NCBI GenBank assembly: GCA_963842085.1
Contig: CAWJET010000002.1
Location: forward strand, 64,001 to 128,000
From: an uncultured delta proteobacterium
Lineage (GTDB): Bacteria > Desulfobacterota > Binatia > Binatales > Binataceae
DNA length: 64,000 bases
Reading direction: 5' to 3'
A program made the translations under genes and the position numbers. The stretch's first letter is position 1; the number at the start of each line of letters is the position of its first letter. The notes beneath the pieces are model-generated. The model was not told the DNA's origin and did not search any database. It worked only from the letters and a program-made list of their open reading frames with translations. This document shows, one piece after another, positions 41,414-51,539 of this stretch.

Positions 41414-42937
41414 ATGAATGAACCACTCTCAATACTACTTCCATATCAACGCCGATGGCTCGCCGACCAATCGCAAGTCAAGGTCAGCGAGAAGTCGCGC
41501 CGAATCGGGATTACCTGGACCGAAGCCGCCGACCGCGCGCTTGCGGCTGCCACCGGCGGACGCGCTGGCATAGACGGCTGGTATATCGGCTACAACAAGG
41601 ACATGGCGCTCGAGTTCGTCGAGGCGGCGGCGCGATGGGCGCGGCGCTTCAACCGTGCAGCGGAGGCGGTCGAAGAGATCGTGCTCGCGGACGAGCGCGC
41701 CGATATCCTGGCGTACCGGATCCGCTTCGCCTCGGGGCATAAGATCGTGGCGCTGTCGTCGCGGCCGTCGAATCTGCGCGGCAAGGACGGCTGCGCGGTG
41801 ATCGACGAGGCCGCGTTCCACGAGGACCTGCCGGGGCTGCTGAAAGCAGCGCTCGCGTTCACCATGTGGGGCGGCCTGGTGCGGATAATCAGTACTCACA
41901 ACGGCGCGCAAAATGCCTTCAATGAACTAGTCAGTGAGATTCGCGCGGGTAGAAGGCCATACTCACTCCATCGTACTACTTTCGACGACGCGTTAGCCGA
42001 CGGGCTATACAAAAAGATCTGCGAGCAGGGCGAAACCGAGTGGAGCGAGGAGAAACAGCGCGAGTGGCGCCAGCAGATTATCGACTACTACGGCGACAAC
42101 GTCGGCGAGGAGCTGTTCTGCATCCCGCGCGCGGCGTCGGGGGCGTACCTTAGCTCGGTGCTGATCGAGGCGCGGATGAAGGCCGGGATCCCGATCCTGC
42201 GCTGGGAGATGCCGGCGGAATTTTCGGGGCGTCCGGAAGCGCAGCGTTATTCGGAAACCGAGGCGTGGTGCGAGGATAACATTGGTCCCGCATTAGCCGC
42301 GCTCGAGCCGACGCTGGCAAGTTTCTTCGGCGAGGATTTCGGGCGCTCGGGAGACCTGACGGTCATCTGGCCCTTGCAAATCGCGCCCAACCTGACGCGG
42401 CGGACGCCGTTCGTGGTCGAGCTGCGCAATATCCCGTTTCGAAACCAGGAGCAGGTGCTGTTTTATATTGTCGACCGGCTGCCGCGCTTCACTACCGGCG
42501 CGATGGACGCGCGCGGCAACGGACAATACCTGGCGGAGACGGCGGCGCAGCGCTACGGCGCGCGAATCGTGCAAGTGATGCTGTCGGAGTCGTGGTACCG
42601 CGAAAATATGCCGCGCTACAAGGCGGCGTTCGAGGACGGCACGCTCGAAATTCCGAAAGACGCCGACGTGCTCGCGGACCATCGCGCGATCGTGCTCGAG
42701 CAGGGCGTGGCGAAGGTGTCGGAGCGGCGGGCGGGGAGCGACGGCAAGGGACGGCATGGCGACTCGGCGATGGCGGCGGCGCTGGCGTTCTTCGCGTCGC
42801 GCGCGGACGCCGGGAAGATCGCGTACATCCCGGCGCGCACGTCGTGGATGAGCGGAGGGCTCGAGGGGCGTGGGAATCCGTTCGGGGCGCCGCCGATGGA
42901 GGAGGATTCATTGGGGGGACGAATGCGTGGATTTTAG
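41414..42937 (+). CDS. Terminase large subunit (Mu gp28-like)
   Basis: LLPYQ, EKSRRIGITW, VIDEAAF, ISTHNG, GEDFGRSGDL and HGDSA motifs. Confidence 0.93.
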   Translation: MNEPLSILLPYQRRWLADQSQVKVSEKSRRIGITWTEAADRALAAATGGRAGIDGWYIGYNKDMALEFVEAAARWARRFNRAAEAVEEIVLADERADILAYRIRFASGHKIVALSSRPSNLRGKDGCAVIDEAAFHEDLPGLLKAALAFTMWGGLVRIISTHNGAQNAFNELVSEIRAGRRPYSLHRTTFDDALADGLYKKICEQGETEWSEEKQREWRQQIIDYYGDNVGEELFCIPRAASGAYLSSVLIEARMKAGIPILRWEMPAEFSGRPEAQRYSETEAWCEDNIGPALAALEPTLASFFGEDFGRSGDLTVIWPLQIAPNLTRRTPFVVELRNIPFRNQEQVLFYIVDRLPRFTTGAMDARGNGQYLAETAAQRYGARIVQVMLSESWYRENMPRYKAAFEDGTLEIPKDADVLADHRAIVLEQGVAKVSERRAGSDGKGRHGDSAMAAALAFFASRADAGKIAYIPARTSWMSGGLEGRGNPFGAPPMEEDSLGGRMRGF

Positions 42938-43005
42938 GAACGTAATCTTATGTGAAACCCGCGGTGGGTTTCACGCTTCCTTCGGCAGGGGTGACCCCTG
43001 CACCC
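42937..43005 (+). repeat. Repeat family B copy
   Basis: GGAAC..AAT..ATGTGAAACCC..GGGTTTCACGCTTCC..GGCAGGGGTGACCCCTGCACCC. Confidence 0.85.
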
Positions 43006-43215
43006 GTCCTTCTCTCTTCCGTGAAATAACGGGCGAGGCAAGAAAAAGATGAATAGCTACTGGAGATGGAAATGCGAGGAGTGCGGGTACGAGTTTATTC
43101 TCGCGCTCGTTCGGCTGCCGCAACCCTGCCATCGATGCGGGAGCGAGTGGTTTTTGAAGATTGGCGAGGCCGCATCGAAGGAACATACAACTGACTAATC
43201 ATCCGGAGAGCAACC

Positions 43216-44589
43216 ATGAAACTTTACGATGCTTACGGTCGCGAAGTAGATACCGGGATGCTGCGGGAAGAGCAGGCGGCGCCGACGATGGCAGGTGTGC
43301 GAAACATATATTCCGTGATGCATCCGTCGATCGGACTGACGCCGGAACGATTGACGGGAATTCTCCAGCAAGCCGAGTTTGGAGATCCGTATCTGTATCT
43401 CGAACTGGCCGAGGAGGTCGAGGAGAAGGATCTACATTACCTGGCCGTGCTGGGGACGCGGAAGAACGCGGTCGCGCAACTGGACCTGGTGGTGCGGGCG
43501 GCGTCGAGCGGGGCTGACGATCAGCGCGCGGCGACGATGGTGCGCGAGATGCTGGTCGAGGGACCGATACAGCTCGACAGCGTGCTGTTCGACGTGCTCG
43601 ACGCGGTGGGCAAGGGATTCTCGGCGACCGAGATAATGTGGGATACGACAGGGCGCGAATGGTTTCCGGCACAGTTGAAATGGCGCGACCCGCGCTGGTT
43701 CGCGTTCGACTGGATCTCGGGCGAGGAGATCCTGGTGCGGACGCTGAAGGGCGAGATAATCCCGGTCGAGAGCGACGCGCAGGTGCGGCAACCGACGCAT
43801 TTCGGCGGCAACGGATTGTACGCGTCGATGAGGCCGGGAATTGGAATACAGCCGATGACGGCGCCGCTGGCGCCGTACAAGTTCATCACTCATTTCGCGA
43901 AGGCGAAAGCCGGCCTGCCGATACGCGGCGGACTGGCGCGCGCGGCCGGGTGGGCCTACCTGTTCAAGAACTACGTACTAAAGGACTGGGTAACGTTCAC
44001 CGAGGTATTCGGGCAGCCGCTGAGAGTCGGCAAATACCATCCGGGGGCGTCGGAACAGGACAAGCAGGAATTACTCACTGCAGTGTCGCGAATAGGCACT
44101 GACGCGGCGGCGATAATGCCGGAGTCGATGGTAATAGAGTTTACCGAGGCGCATCAGAATGGCAGTTCGGAACTATATCAGAGCTTTTGCGAATACCTAG
44201 ATGCGCAGGTGAGTAAGGCAGTGCTCGGGCAGACATTGACTACTGAAATGCCTAAGTCAGGAGGGTCGCGAGCCGCCGCGCAAGTGCATGATGCGGTCCG
44301 CCGCGACATCCTGAGCGCGGATGCGCGGCGATTGGCGGCGACGCTCGCGCGCGATCTGGTACGGCCGATCGTCGAACTGAACATGGGGCCGCAAAAGCGT
44401 TATCCAACGATCGAGCTGGGACTGCCGGATGATAGCGATGTGAAAGTGTTCGCGGAGATCGTCGCGATGCTGGCGGATCGGGGACTGAGAGTCGGGCAGA
44501 AGACGATACTCGACAAGTTGGGAATCGCAGAGGCGGGGAAGGGAGAGGCGGTGCTGGGGGCGATCAAGAGGACGGAGGAACTCAATTAA
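43216..44589 (+). CDS. Portal protein (DUF935 / Mu gp29)
   Basis: EEKDLHY, KDWVTFTEVFGQP.RVGKY and SKAVLGQTLTT motifs. Confidence 0.93.
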   Translation: MKLYDAYGREVDTGMLREEQAAPTMAGVRNIYSVMHPSIGLTPERLTGILQQAEFGDPYLYLELAEEVEEKDLHYLAVLGTRKNAVAQLDLVVRAASSGADDQRAATMVREMLVEGPIQLDSVLFDVLDAVGKGFSATEIMWDTTGREWFPAQLKWRDPRWFAFDWISGEEILVRTLKGEIIPVESDAQVRQPTHFGGNGLYASMRPGIGIQPMTAPLAPYKFITHFAKAKAGLPIRGGLARAAGWAYLFKNYVLKDWVTFTEVFGQPLRVGKYHPGASEQDKQELLTAVSRIGTDAAAIMPESMVIEFTEAHQNGSSELYQSFCEYLDAQVSKAVLGQTLTTEMPKSGGSRAAAQVHDAVRRDILSADARRLAATLARDLVRPIVELNMGPQKRYPTIELGLPDDSDVKVFAEIVAMLADRGLRVGQKTILDKLGIAEAGKGEAVLGAIKRTEELN

Positions 44590-44683
44590 ATGTGAAACCG
44601 TACGCCGGTTTCACGCTTCCGCGGCAGGGGTGACCCCTGCACCCAGTATTGAGAAGGATGCGGGGCTTCGCCCCTGTAAGAAG
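44577..44683 (+). repeat. Repeat family B copy (overlaps the portal stop codon)
   Basis: Same consensus, followed by GGGGCTTCGCCCCTG. Confidence 0.85.
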
Positions 44684-44746
44684 TGGGTTGGGGGATGTTT
44701 CCCGCGGCTGGCGTCATTTGTCGCCAGCCGCTGACGTGTTGGGGAT

Positions 44747-45565
44747 TCAACGTTTTGTGCGGAGGCGGTCCTTGATTTGTTTAACGGCGGCGCGGCGGGC
44801 GCGGCGGCGGTGTTTCATCTCGAGGAAGATGTCGTCGTAGATTAGTTTGCGGATGGCGAAGCCGGAGTTGGGGAATTTGATGGCGGCGTCGCCGGGACGT
44901 CGGCGATAGCGGAAGACCTGGACGCCGTTCCACCAGGTGGGCGAGTGATTGCGCGGCGTGCGCAAATCCAAAACAAGTTCGAAACCAGGCAGGGCGCGCG
45001 CGACGAGGTTATTGGCGGAGCGGGCGGCGCGCTTGTTGGTGTCGTCGATGATGACTACTGCGTCGTCGGCGAGGTGCGGGATGGCGAGGGCGACGCCGTC
45101 GTACTGATCGCGAAAGGAGTGGCCGCCGTCGTAGAAGTAGGCGCCGACGCGCGCGGGGGTCCACGGCGCGGCGGCGAGGAAGGTGCGGAAGTCCATGTCG
45201 AGGAAGGTGACCTGGGCGGGCGCGGTGTGCGCGTCGAGCGTGCGGCGAAGCGCGTCGGCGGCGCCGTCGAACTGCGAGAAATTGTCGCATGCGAAGATGC
45301 GCGCGTGCGGGTTGGAGGCGGCGGCGCCGACCAGGCTGGCACCTTTGTAGCATCCCACCTCGACGTAAACTTCGCTTTCGTTGTCGAGCGAGGCGACAGC
45401 GCAATTGAGCAGGCGGAGCTTGTTCTCGGTGGCCATCCCGGGAATTTCGACGAGGATGCGCGAGAGCGAGCGATCGGCGGGGTGAGTCGAGCGGGCGAGG
45501 CGGCGCGGGTCGGCAAACTCGGGCCACTGCGCGCGGCATCGCTCGAGGAAAGCGTCAAAGTGCAT
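44747..45565 (-). CDS. Class I SAM-dependent methyltransferase (Methyltransf_24-like)
   Basis: YVEVGCYKGAS, YFYDGGHS and IIDDTN motifs. Confidence 0.85.
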   Translation of the reverse strand: MHFDAFLERCRAQWPEFADPRRLARSTHPADRSLSRILVEIPGMATENKLRLLNCAVASLDNESEVYVEVGCYKGASLVGAAASNPHARIFACDNFSQFDGAADALRRTLDAHTAPAQVTFLDMDFRTFLAAAPWTPARVGAYFYDGGHSFRDQYDGVALAIPHLADDAVVIIDDTNKRAARSANNLVARALPGFELVLDLRTPRNHSPTWWNGVQVFRYRRRPGDAAIKFPNSGFAIRKLIYDDIFLEMKHRRRARRAAVKQIKDRLRTKR

Positions 45566-45613
45566 TTTTTTAGAAAGGTGTGTCGATCAATGCGACGAGC
45601 AGCGCGGTGAGCG

Positions 45614-46096
45614 TCACCAGTACATCGCAGGGCCCATCGGACCGACGAGGCCCATGCCGTATGGATTGAACATCTCCGCCTGCATGTCCATCTCTTCCAT
45701 CTGCTGGGCTTCGAGGTTCTGCCGGGAGATCTCGCCTTCCTTTGCCTGGAACTGCTCGTTGAGTTTCAACTTCTCATACTTCTGATAATCCTGCTCGCTG
45801 CCGATGTACATACATTTACAGTAATCCGGATCGGCCATGTAGTAGTGCAGGTTGCCGGTCTTGCCGACATAGTAACTCACCTGGAGCGGAGCCAGCGACT
45901 GCAGTTGCTGTTGACGCTGGGGAGTGTCGGCGGGGAGCATCCGGAAGCCGGCCGCGGAGAGCATCGGCTCGAGCTGCTCGGCCTGCTGCTCGGGAGTCGG
46001 CGGTTGGGGCTGGAGCGAACCGCATCCGAAGAGTGCGGACGAGAACGCGGCAATCAGGCAGGCGAGGGCGATTGAAGTGGAGGGGTGTTGCGGCAT
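45614..46096 (-). CDS. Putative lipoprotein
   Basis: LFGC lipobox; LSAAGF..PADTP..YYMADP..CKCMYIG. Confidence 0.75.
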   Translation of the reverse strand: MPQHPSTSIALACLIAAFSSALFGCGSLQPQPPTPEQQAEQLEPMLSAAGFRMLPADTPQRQQQLQSLAPLQVSYYVGKTGNLHYYMADPDYCKCMYIGSEQDYQKYEKLKLNEQFQAKEGEISRQNLEAQQMEEMDMQAEMFNPYGMGLVGPMGPAMYW

Positions 46097-46158
46097 TAGT
46101 TCCTTTGGTCGATGCGGAGAAAAGAGGGGCGGCCGCTGCGGGCCGCCCCTGGAGCCAA

Positions 46159-46821
46159 TCAGGGGACCGAGTTGGCGGTGTTTCCGTTGGCGTCGAACAA
46201 CGTCAGCGCGCCGGCGCCGTCCGCATTCAGCGTGAGCGAGGCGCGCGTCTTGCCGTCGGCGCCAAGCAATGCGAGGCCGGGCAATCCGTCGGGCGTCACG
46301 TCGAGACCGACGCGCGCGCGATGCGGGTCGGCAAGGCGCAGCGTGGGAGAGCCGTTGGAAGCCACGATGATCGAGGCGCGCGGATTGCCTTCCCGGTCCA
46401 TCAGGCCGAGGCCGGACTGGCCGTCGGGCGCGACGCCGAGCGTGGCTTGCGGCTTGGCGTCGGCGTCGAAGAGCACGACGCGGGCGACGCCGCCGGTGAG
46501 TCCGACTTCGGCGCGCGGCTTGCCGTCATCGCCATAGATGCCGAGAGCAGGGGCGCCACGGGAGGCGACGCCAAGACCGGCGCGCAAGGTGCCGCTGCCA
46601 TCGAAGATGGCGATTTGCGCGACGTTTTTGCGGGTGACGCTGAACTCGCCGCGGGTCTTGCCGTGGGCATCCACCAGCATGAACTTCTGCGCGGTGACGA
46701 GCCTGGGAGCGGAGGCGGCGTCGACGGTGCGGGCGGCAAAGATATGGCCGGATACGGCGCCTCCGACGAGCGCGGCGGCGAGAGTTAGGGTGACAAACCC
46801 GATTCGCTCTTTGACTGTCAT
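46159..46821 (-). CDS. Exported protein with about 23-aa repeats
   Basis: N-terminal hydrophobic segment; repeats of the form L.L.D..G..RA.L.V. Confidence 0.75.
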   Translation of the reverse strand: MTVKERIGFVTLTLAAALVGGAVSGHIFAARTVDAASAPRLVTAQKFMLVDAHGKTRGEFSVTRKNVAQIAIFDGSGTLRAGLGVASRGAPALGIYGDDGKPRAEVGLTGGVARVVLFDADAKPQATLGVAPDGQSGLGLMDREGNPRASIIVASNGSPTLRLADPHRARVGLDVTPDGLPGLALLGADGKTRASLTLNADGAGALTLFDANGNTANSVP

Positions 46822-46947
46822 GATCGCGGTCTCCTTTCCGGTACCGATGGTTAGGCGATTTTCGGGGTGAAGATTAGCAGGCTTGGTGGGGAGGTTACAA
46901 AACGTGCGGGTCGGGGGCGAGGGCGGTGGAGAGTGGCAGAGGAAAGG

Positions 46948-47016
46948 GGAAATCAATTGAATGTGAAACCCGCAGTGGGTTTCACGCTTCCTTCGGCAGG
47001 GGTGACCCCTGCACCC
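46948..47016 (+). repeat. Repeat family B copy
   Basis: Near identical to 42937-43005. Confidence 0.85.
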
Positions 47017-47021
47017 AATTA

Positions 47022-47235
47022 CTAAAGACAGGATGTGACTTCGCCCTGGCCACGGTGGGCAATCGCCCGACGGTCTTCCGTCGTGGAGGCCGGTCTGAAG
47101 AGAGCGATCCACGATAGCGCATAGAAGAGCGCGACCAATATCAATATCGATTTCATTCCGGTCCACATCGAAATCGATTCGAGCATCCCGCCCAAGAGCG
47201 CGCCCAGGAGATTCGAACCGAGTGCGTCGCTGCTA
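47022..47235 (-). pseudogene. C-terminal remnant of a membrane protein (spermidine-synthase-like family)
   Basis: ALGSNLLGALLGGMLESISMWTGMKSILILVALFYALS recalls that family's C-terminus; no N-terminal part is present. Confidence 0.5.
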
Positions 47236-47292
47236 AATTCGATTTGGAGAAATTCCGAAGGGCGATCAAGCCACTTACGCGACGAAGAAGCG

Positions 47293-47631
47293 CTAAGCAG
47301 TTTTACGCGCAGCCTGTTTACCAAGCTTCTTTTTGATTTCACGCGACCGCGACGAAATAATATCGCGAACCAACGCCGAGTCAAAAGGATCGATCCCTTC
47401 AATCTTCACTTTGGCCAGTAGTCCATCCTCACCATACAGTTTGGCGAGCATACCGAAGGATTCGTCAAAAAATGATACGGAGGTAATCTGCATCCCCGTA
47501 AAATCTACGATAACTGGAAGCGAGTCATGAGCGATCGCTTCCTCAATCAAGATTCGCATCTTCTGGCCATGTTCTCGCGAAACCACGTCATCGCCCAATT
47601 GTGTTTTAACTTCAATACGTTTCATTGCCAT
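47293..47631 (-). CDS. STAS-like domain protein (DUF4325-like)
   Basis: VSREHG..VIVDFTGMQITSVSFFDESFG. Confidence 0.8.
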   Translation of the reverse strand: MAMKRIEVKTQLGDDVVSREHGQKMRILIEEAIAHDSLPVIVDFTGMQITSVSFFDESFGMLAKLYGEDGLLAKVKIEGIDPFDSALVRDIISSRSREIKKKLGKQAARKTA

Positions 47632-48520
47632 TGTCCTCATCCCCCAGAACATACAATCCTCTCTGGGTAGGAACGAGCGAAAGAAAAACTGCTGTACCGG
47701 GAAATATTCCATCGATCTTGTCTGTCTTCGGTCGGCGGTCTGGTCGAAAACGAACTCTACCCTTACCTGATATTATAGTCATTGTACCGCCGTTGACACG
47801 GACGAAGCGACGAATAACGTCCAAACCCCGACCACGATTGGTGGCGACCGCAGAAACCCCCGGCTCTGTCGCTAATTCGATGAGGTGCGGATCGCTTCTC
47901 ATGCGACGATACCTTTCCACGCCACGCAAACTCGTCGGTATTCCCTTCCCTAAATCGAGCAGACAGAGCGTTATTCGATTTCGATATTTGTGGCCAGAGA
48001 CCCAGGCCCCCGTCCCCGAGCCAGAATGTTCGGCGAAATTTTGCACCAATTCAAGAAGCGACATTCGCATCGAAGGCTTTAGACCCGGAGCAAACGGCTG
48101 CAACGATTCGAGGAAATTTAAGAGACCGTCTATGAACAGCGGTTCGAGTTCCTGTATGTGAACCAAATCAACGCGATTTCGGTCCGGTTGTCTGGGCCTG
48201 AACTGATCTCCCAAGCCGATAGATTCGTAGAAGCCAGCATTCTGCAAATATGCATGTACATTCGCCCTGGTTGGTGGGCGAACCAAAATCTTTGTGATGG
48301 CCTCCTGACCGCTGCATCGATCCAAACAAGCCGCAAGATACGTCAAGCCGAAGGAATCCAAAAACTCCACCGAGGACAAATCAACCAAAAGTTCCCGTGG
48401 CATTTCTGGCGCAAGCAGCGGCAACGTCTGGCGCAGAAGCGGGTTTGCCCAACCAATGGTGGAAAGTCTGTAGAACGGGAACCGAGGCGGTCCCATTAAT
48501 ATTTCCGTGCCAAGTCCCAT
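47612..48520 (-). CDS. STAS-like plus HATPase (anti-sigma-kinase-like) ATP-binding protein
   Basis: VDLSSVEFLDSFGL; ELVQNFAEHS, DLGKGI and RGRGL motifs. Confidence 0.8.
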   Translation of the reverse strand: MGLGTEILMGPPRFPFYRLSTIGWANPLLRQTLPLLAPEMPRELLVDLSSVEFLDSFGLTYLAACLDRCSGQEAITKILVRPPTRANVHAYLQNAGFYESIGLGDQFRPRQPDRNRVDLVHIQELEPLFIDGLLNFLESLQPFAPGLKPSMRMSLLELVQNFAEHSGSGTGAWVSGHKYRNRITLCLLDLGKGIPTSLRGVERYRRMRSDPHLIELATEPGVSAVATNRGRGLDVIRRFVRVNGGTMTIISGKGRVRFRPDRRPKTDKIDGIFPGTAVFLSLVPTQRGLYVLGDEDNGNETY

Positions 48521-48562
48521 GCGAGAGGGACATTAAACACTGGAACGCGCACCGATGCCAAG

Positions 48563-49459
48563 TCACTGCGCCAACGGTAATGTCACGTTGCCGTAATCGG
48601 TTCGCAGTTGGTTAAAATGCGGACCGCCCGCGATCACGTCGCGCACCATCGTCGAAATCACATCGATTCCCTTGTTGAACACGTCTAGCGCGTCATCCTC
48701 TTCCAGCTTGACGATTTCAGGATGCGACAGCGGGTTCCGATAGATTTCGCAGAGCGCCGCGAGCGTCGGCGCAATCAGTGGAAGTTTACCTACCGGAGTG
48801 TGGGCGCTTTTCAGTTTGGGCAACAGTTCATTCAGCTTGAATGCGATCTCGCCCAAAGCAAGATACCGTCGTTTGTTGTCAGATCGCGTACCAGCCGCTG
48901 GATTCCCTGTCACCAACTCAAAATATCTACGTGATGTATCTTCGACGGCTCGCATAGTGTGGAACCCACTCGAAGTAAAGTGATCGAACGCGAGCGCCGC
49001 GCTTGCATCTTGAAGATTGCTGACAGTGAAATCTGAAAGATATGGGAACACGCGAGCGGGTATAAGTTTGTTGATGGCGTTAATCAGTGTCGATGGCGAA
49101 TACCCATGCTTTTCTTCGAGAATGAAGACGTGCGCTTTCCCCAGTTCCTGCGCTAGTAGAGTCTGAAATCGATTGGTCCAGTGGACGATTGCCATGCGAA
49201 CAGCAATGGTCGTCACAGTATTCGGGTTTTCCCGGTAGCCATTTCTGATCACTTCCAACACATTGATCAGAGCAGTGGCACCTTCAACAGAATCAGGAAG
49301 ATTACGGATATTTTGCTCCGCATCCCTGAAATTCGTGAGCAACTGAATCGCTTTACTGATGTTCGGATCATAGATAGAGAACAGATAGCCGTCGGCCATC
49401 GCGAAGAGACTTGCGATCGATCCCAAGTTGTAAAGAAAGTACCCGTTTACTGGTTGCAT
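48563..49459 (-). CDS. Putative HEPN-domain protein (low GC)
   Basis: SGFHTMRAVE and the RX4H motif RNPLSH. Confidence 0.55.
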   Translation of the reverse strand: MQPVNGYFLYNLGSIASLFAMADGYLFSIYDPNISKAIQLLTNFRDAEQNIRNLPDSVEGATALINVLEVIRNGYRENPNTVTTIAVRMAIVHWTNRFQTLLAQELGKAHVFILEEKHGYSPSTLINAINKLIPARVFPYLSDFTVSNLQDASAALAFDHFTSSGFHTMRAVEDTSRRYFELVTGNPAAGTRSDNKRRYLALGEIAFKLNELLPKLKSAHTPVGKLPLIAPTLAALCEIYRNPLSHPEIVKLEEDDALDVFNKGIDVISTMVRDVIAGGPHFNQLRTDYGNVTLPLAQ

Positions 49460-49635
49460 GGATTCCCCTTTGCGTCGCTCGCCAAACAGCCAAGGGGAGC
49501 ATAGTAGATCGCTCGCGTTCGTCGGAACTTGAATTTTGTAGTCGTACTGTTCCCCGTCAGCACAAGTTGGACAATTCGAGGCGATTGAGGAAGAGAGGGT
49601 TTTTGGCTCATCTTTAACCGCGGAAGGAGCGGTAG

Positions 49636-50010
49636 ATGAGATCGAAAATCGATGCGCAGTCGGATGGGGCGGAAAAGGCGGTACGCGACATAAGGCGGGC
49701 GACCCGCCGGCACTTCTCGGCTGAGGACAAGGTCCGGATCGTGATCGCCGGCCTGCGCGGCGAGGATAGCGTGGCCGAGTTGTGCCGCAAGGAAGGGATC
49801 AACCAGAACCTCTACTATCGCTGGTCCAAGGACTTCCTGGAGGCGGGCAAGAGGCGGCTGGCCGGCGATACCGCGCGTGAAGCGACCAGCGATGAAGTCA
49901 AGGAGCTGCGGGCGGAGAGCCATCAGCTCAAGGAACTGCTGGCCGAACTGATGATGGAGAACCGCCTGCTCAAAAAAAGCGTGCTGGCGGATGGGGAGTC
50001 CGATATATGA
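49636..50010 (+). CDS. Transposase OrfA
   Basis: HTH RRHFSAEDKVRIV..LCRKEGI; A7G slippery site at about 49972-49979. Confidence 0.9.
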   Translation: MRSKIDAQSDGAEKAVRDIRRATRRHFSAEDKVRIVIAGLRGEDSVAELCRKEGINQNLYYRWSKDFLEAGKRRLAGDTAREATSDEVKELRAESHQLKELLAELMMENRLLKKSVLADGESDI

Positions 50011-51020
50011 GGTACGCGGCCGCCGAGAAGCTGGAGATCATCCGGCTGGTCGAGCAGTCGTCGCTGCCGGTGCGGCGCACCCTGGAGCAGATCGGCATCC
50101 CACGGTCCACCTTCTATTGCTGGTACGATCGCTATCGAACTCGCGATGATGAAGGGCTGGAGGATCGCACGCCGGCGCCGCGGCGGGTGTGGAACAAGCT
50201 CCCAGCTGCAGTTACTCAGGCCGTGCTCGAGCTTGCGCTCAAAGAACCGCAGCTATCGCCGCGGGAGTTGGCGGTCTCGTTCGTCGACCAGCAGCAGTAC
50301 TTCGTCTCGGAAGCCTCAGTTTATCGGCTGCTGAAGGCGCACGACCTGATCACCAGCCCGGCCTTCATCTTGATGAAGGCAGCCGACAGCTTCGCCCATC
50401 CAACCACCGCACCCAATCAACTCTGGCAGACCGACTTTACCTACCTGCGGGTGATCGGCTGGGGCTGGTTCTATCTGTCGACTGTCCTTGATGACTTCTC
50501 GCGCTATATCCTGGCCTGGAAGCTGTGTACCACCATGACTGCCACCGATGTCTCCGACACCCTCGCGATGGCGCTGCGCAACTCCGGGTTGGAGCGCGTC
50601 CGCGTCCGGCACCGGCCGCGCCTGCTGAGCGACAACGGACCGTCGTACGTGTCGGCCCAGCTTGGCTCCTGGCTCGCGGAGCATGGCATGATGCATACCC
50701 GCGGCAAGCCCTATCACCCGATGACCCAGGGTAAGATCGAACGTTACCATCGTTCGATGAAGAACCAGATCCTGCTCGAGAACTACTACCTGCCCGGTCA
50801 GCTCGAAGCGCGCCTGGCCGAGTTCGTCGACTACTACAACTCGCGCCGCTACCACGAAAGTCTCAACAACCTGACCCCGGCCGACGTCTACTTCGGCCGA
50901 GGTCCCGCGATTCTGTCACGGAGGAAAAATGCCAAACTGAAAACCATCGAAGCCAGACGCCGGCTGCATCATTCGTTCGCAGCCAAAGGTTCAACTCAGA
51001 TGGACCAGATCCTCTCTTAA
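50007..51020 (+). CDS. Transposase OrfB (DDE integrase core)
   Basis: WQTDFTY, LSDNG and QGKIER motifs. Confidence 0.93.
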   Translation: MRYAAAEKLEIIRLVEQSSLPVRRTLEQIGIPRSTFYCWYDRYRTRDDEGLEDRTPAPRRVWNKLPAAVTQAVLELALKEPQLSPRELAVSFVDQQQYFVSEASVYRLLKAHDLITSPAFILMKAADSFAHPTTAPNQLWQTDFTYLRVIGWGWFYLSTVLDDFSRYILAWKLCTTMTATDVSDTLAMALRNSGLERVRVRHRPRLLSDNGPSYVSAQLGSWLAEHGMMHTRGKPYHPMTQGKIERYHRSMKNQILLENYYLPGQLEARLAEFVDYYNSRRYHESLNNLTPADVYFGRGPAILSRRKNAKLKTIEARRRLHHSFAAKGSTQMDQILS

Positions 51021-51225
51021 TTCCTGTGCCAACTTGTCCAATAGGTTCTGACGACGTACAGTCGTACCCCCCGCCTGTTGGTCAGGCGGGAAGGTGATCT
51101 ATGCTGGTGCTGCCCCCTATTTGGAGTCAACAGAAACACAATCACCACAACGAGGGGGGCGAGAGTTGGATCTCCTATCAGGAGAGTTCGGACAATCTCC
51201 GATTCCGTTTAGGGCAGAGGCGGAA

Positions 51226-51330
51226 ACTTGAGTCGCACGCGAAAAGAGTCGCGCGCTGTGTAAGGACCTGCACCCTTCGGCAAACTCAGGGCAGGCTCTT
51301 CATCCTCTCCCTTGCAGGGCGAGGAGACAG
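51226..51330 (+). repeat. Repeat family A copy with internal insertion
   Basis: GCGCGCTG..AAGGACC [CACCCTTCGGCAAACTCAGGGCAGG] TTCATCCTCTCCCTTGCAGGGCGAGGAGACAG. Confidence 0.7.
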
Positions 51331-51539
51331 AAGGTTGCATCCGGACAGTTCGTTAAGGTTCTGCAGTGCCTCGACATCTTGAACGTACGTTAACCTGCGC
51401 TCTCCCTGCCACATTTGGGTATTTCTTTGTCCGGATTGGTTCATTGCAAAATTTGCCGATTCCGTTGTTGCCGGTGGTTTGGTTCTTTTCGATCGTGAGG
51501 GCCGAAGGCTTTTGCAGGGCTTTTCGAGGTCGAGAGGAT

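Larger units (their letters stand above)
49548..51060 (+). mobile_element. IS3/IS481-like insertion sequence
   Basis: Terminal IRs TGTTCCCCGTCAGCACAAGTTGGACAA / TGTACGTCGTCAGAACCTATTGGACAA; flanking GTCGTAC direct repeats. Confidence 0.92.

Noticed and set aside
40508-41414. Several ORFs reading TLTFILSLAGRG or SPLPARERMKVRV
   Set aside because: Translations of the palindromic repeats or antisense of DUF559.
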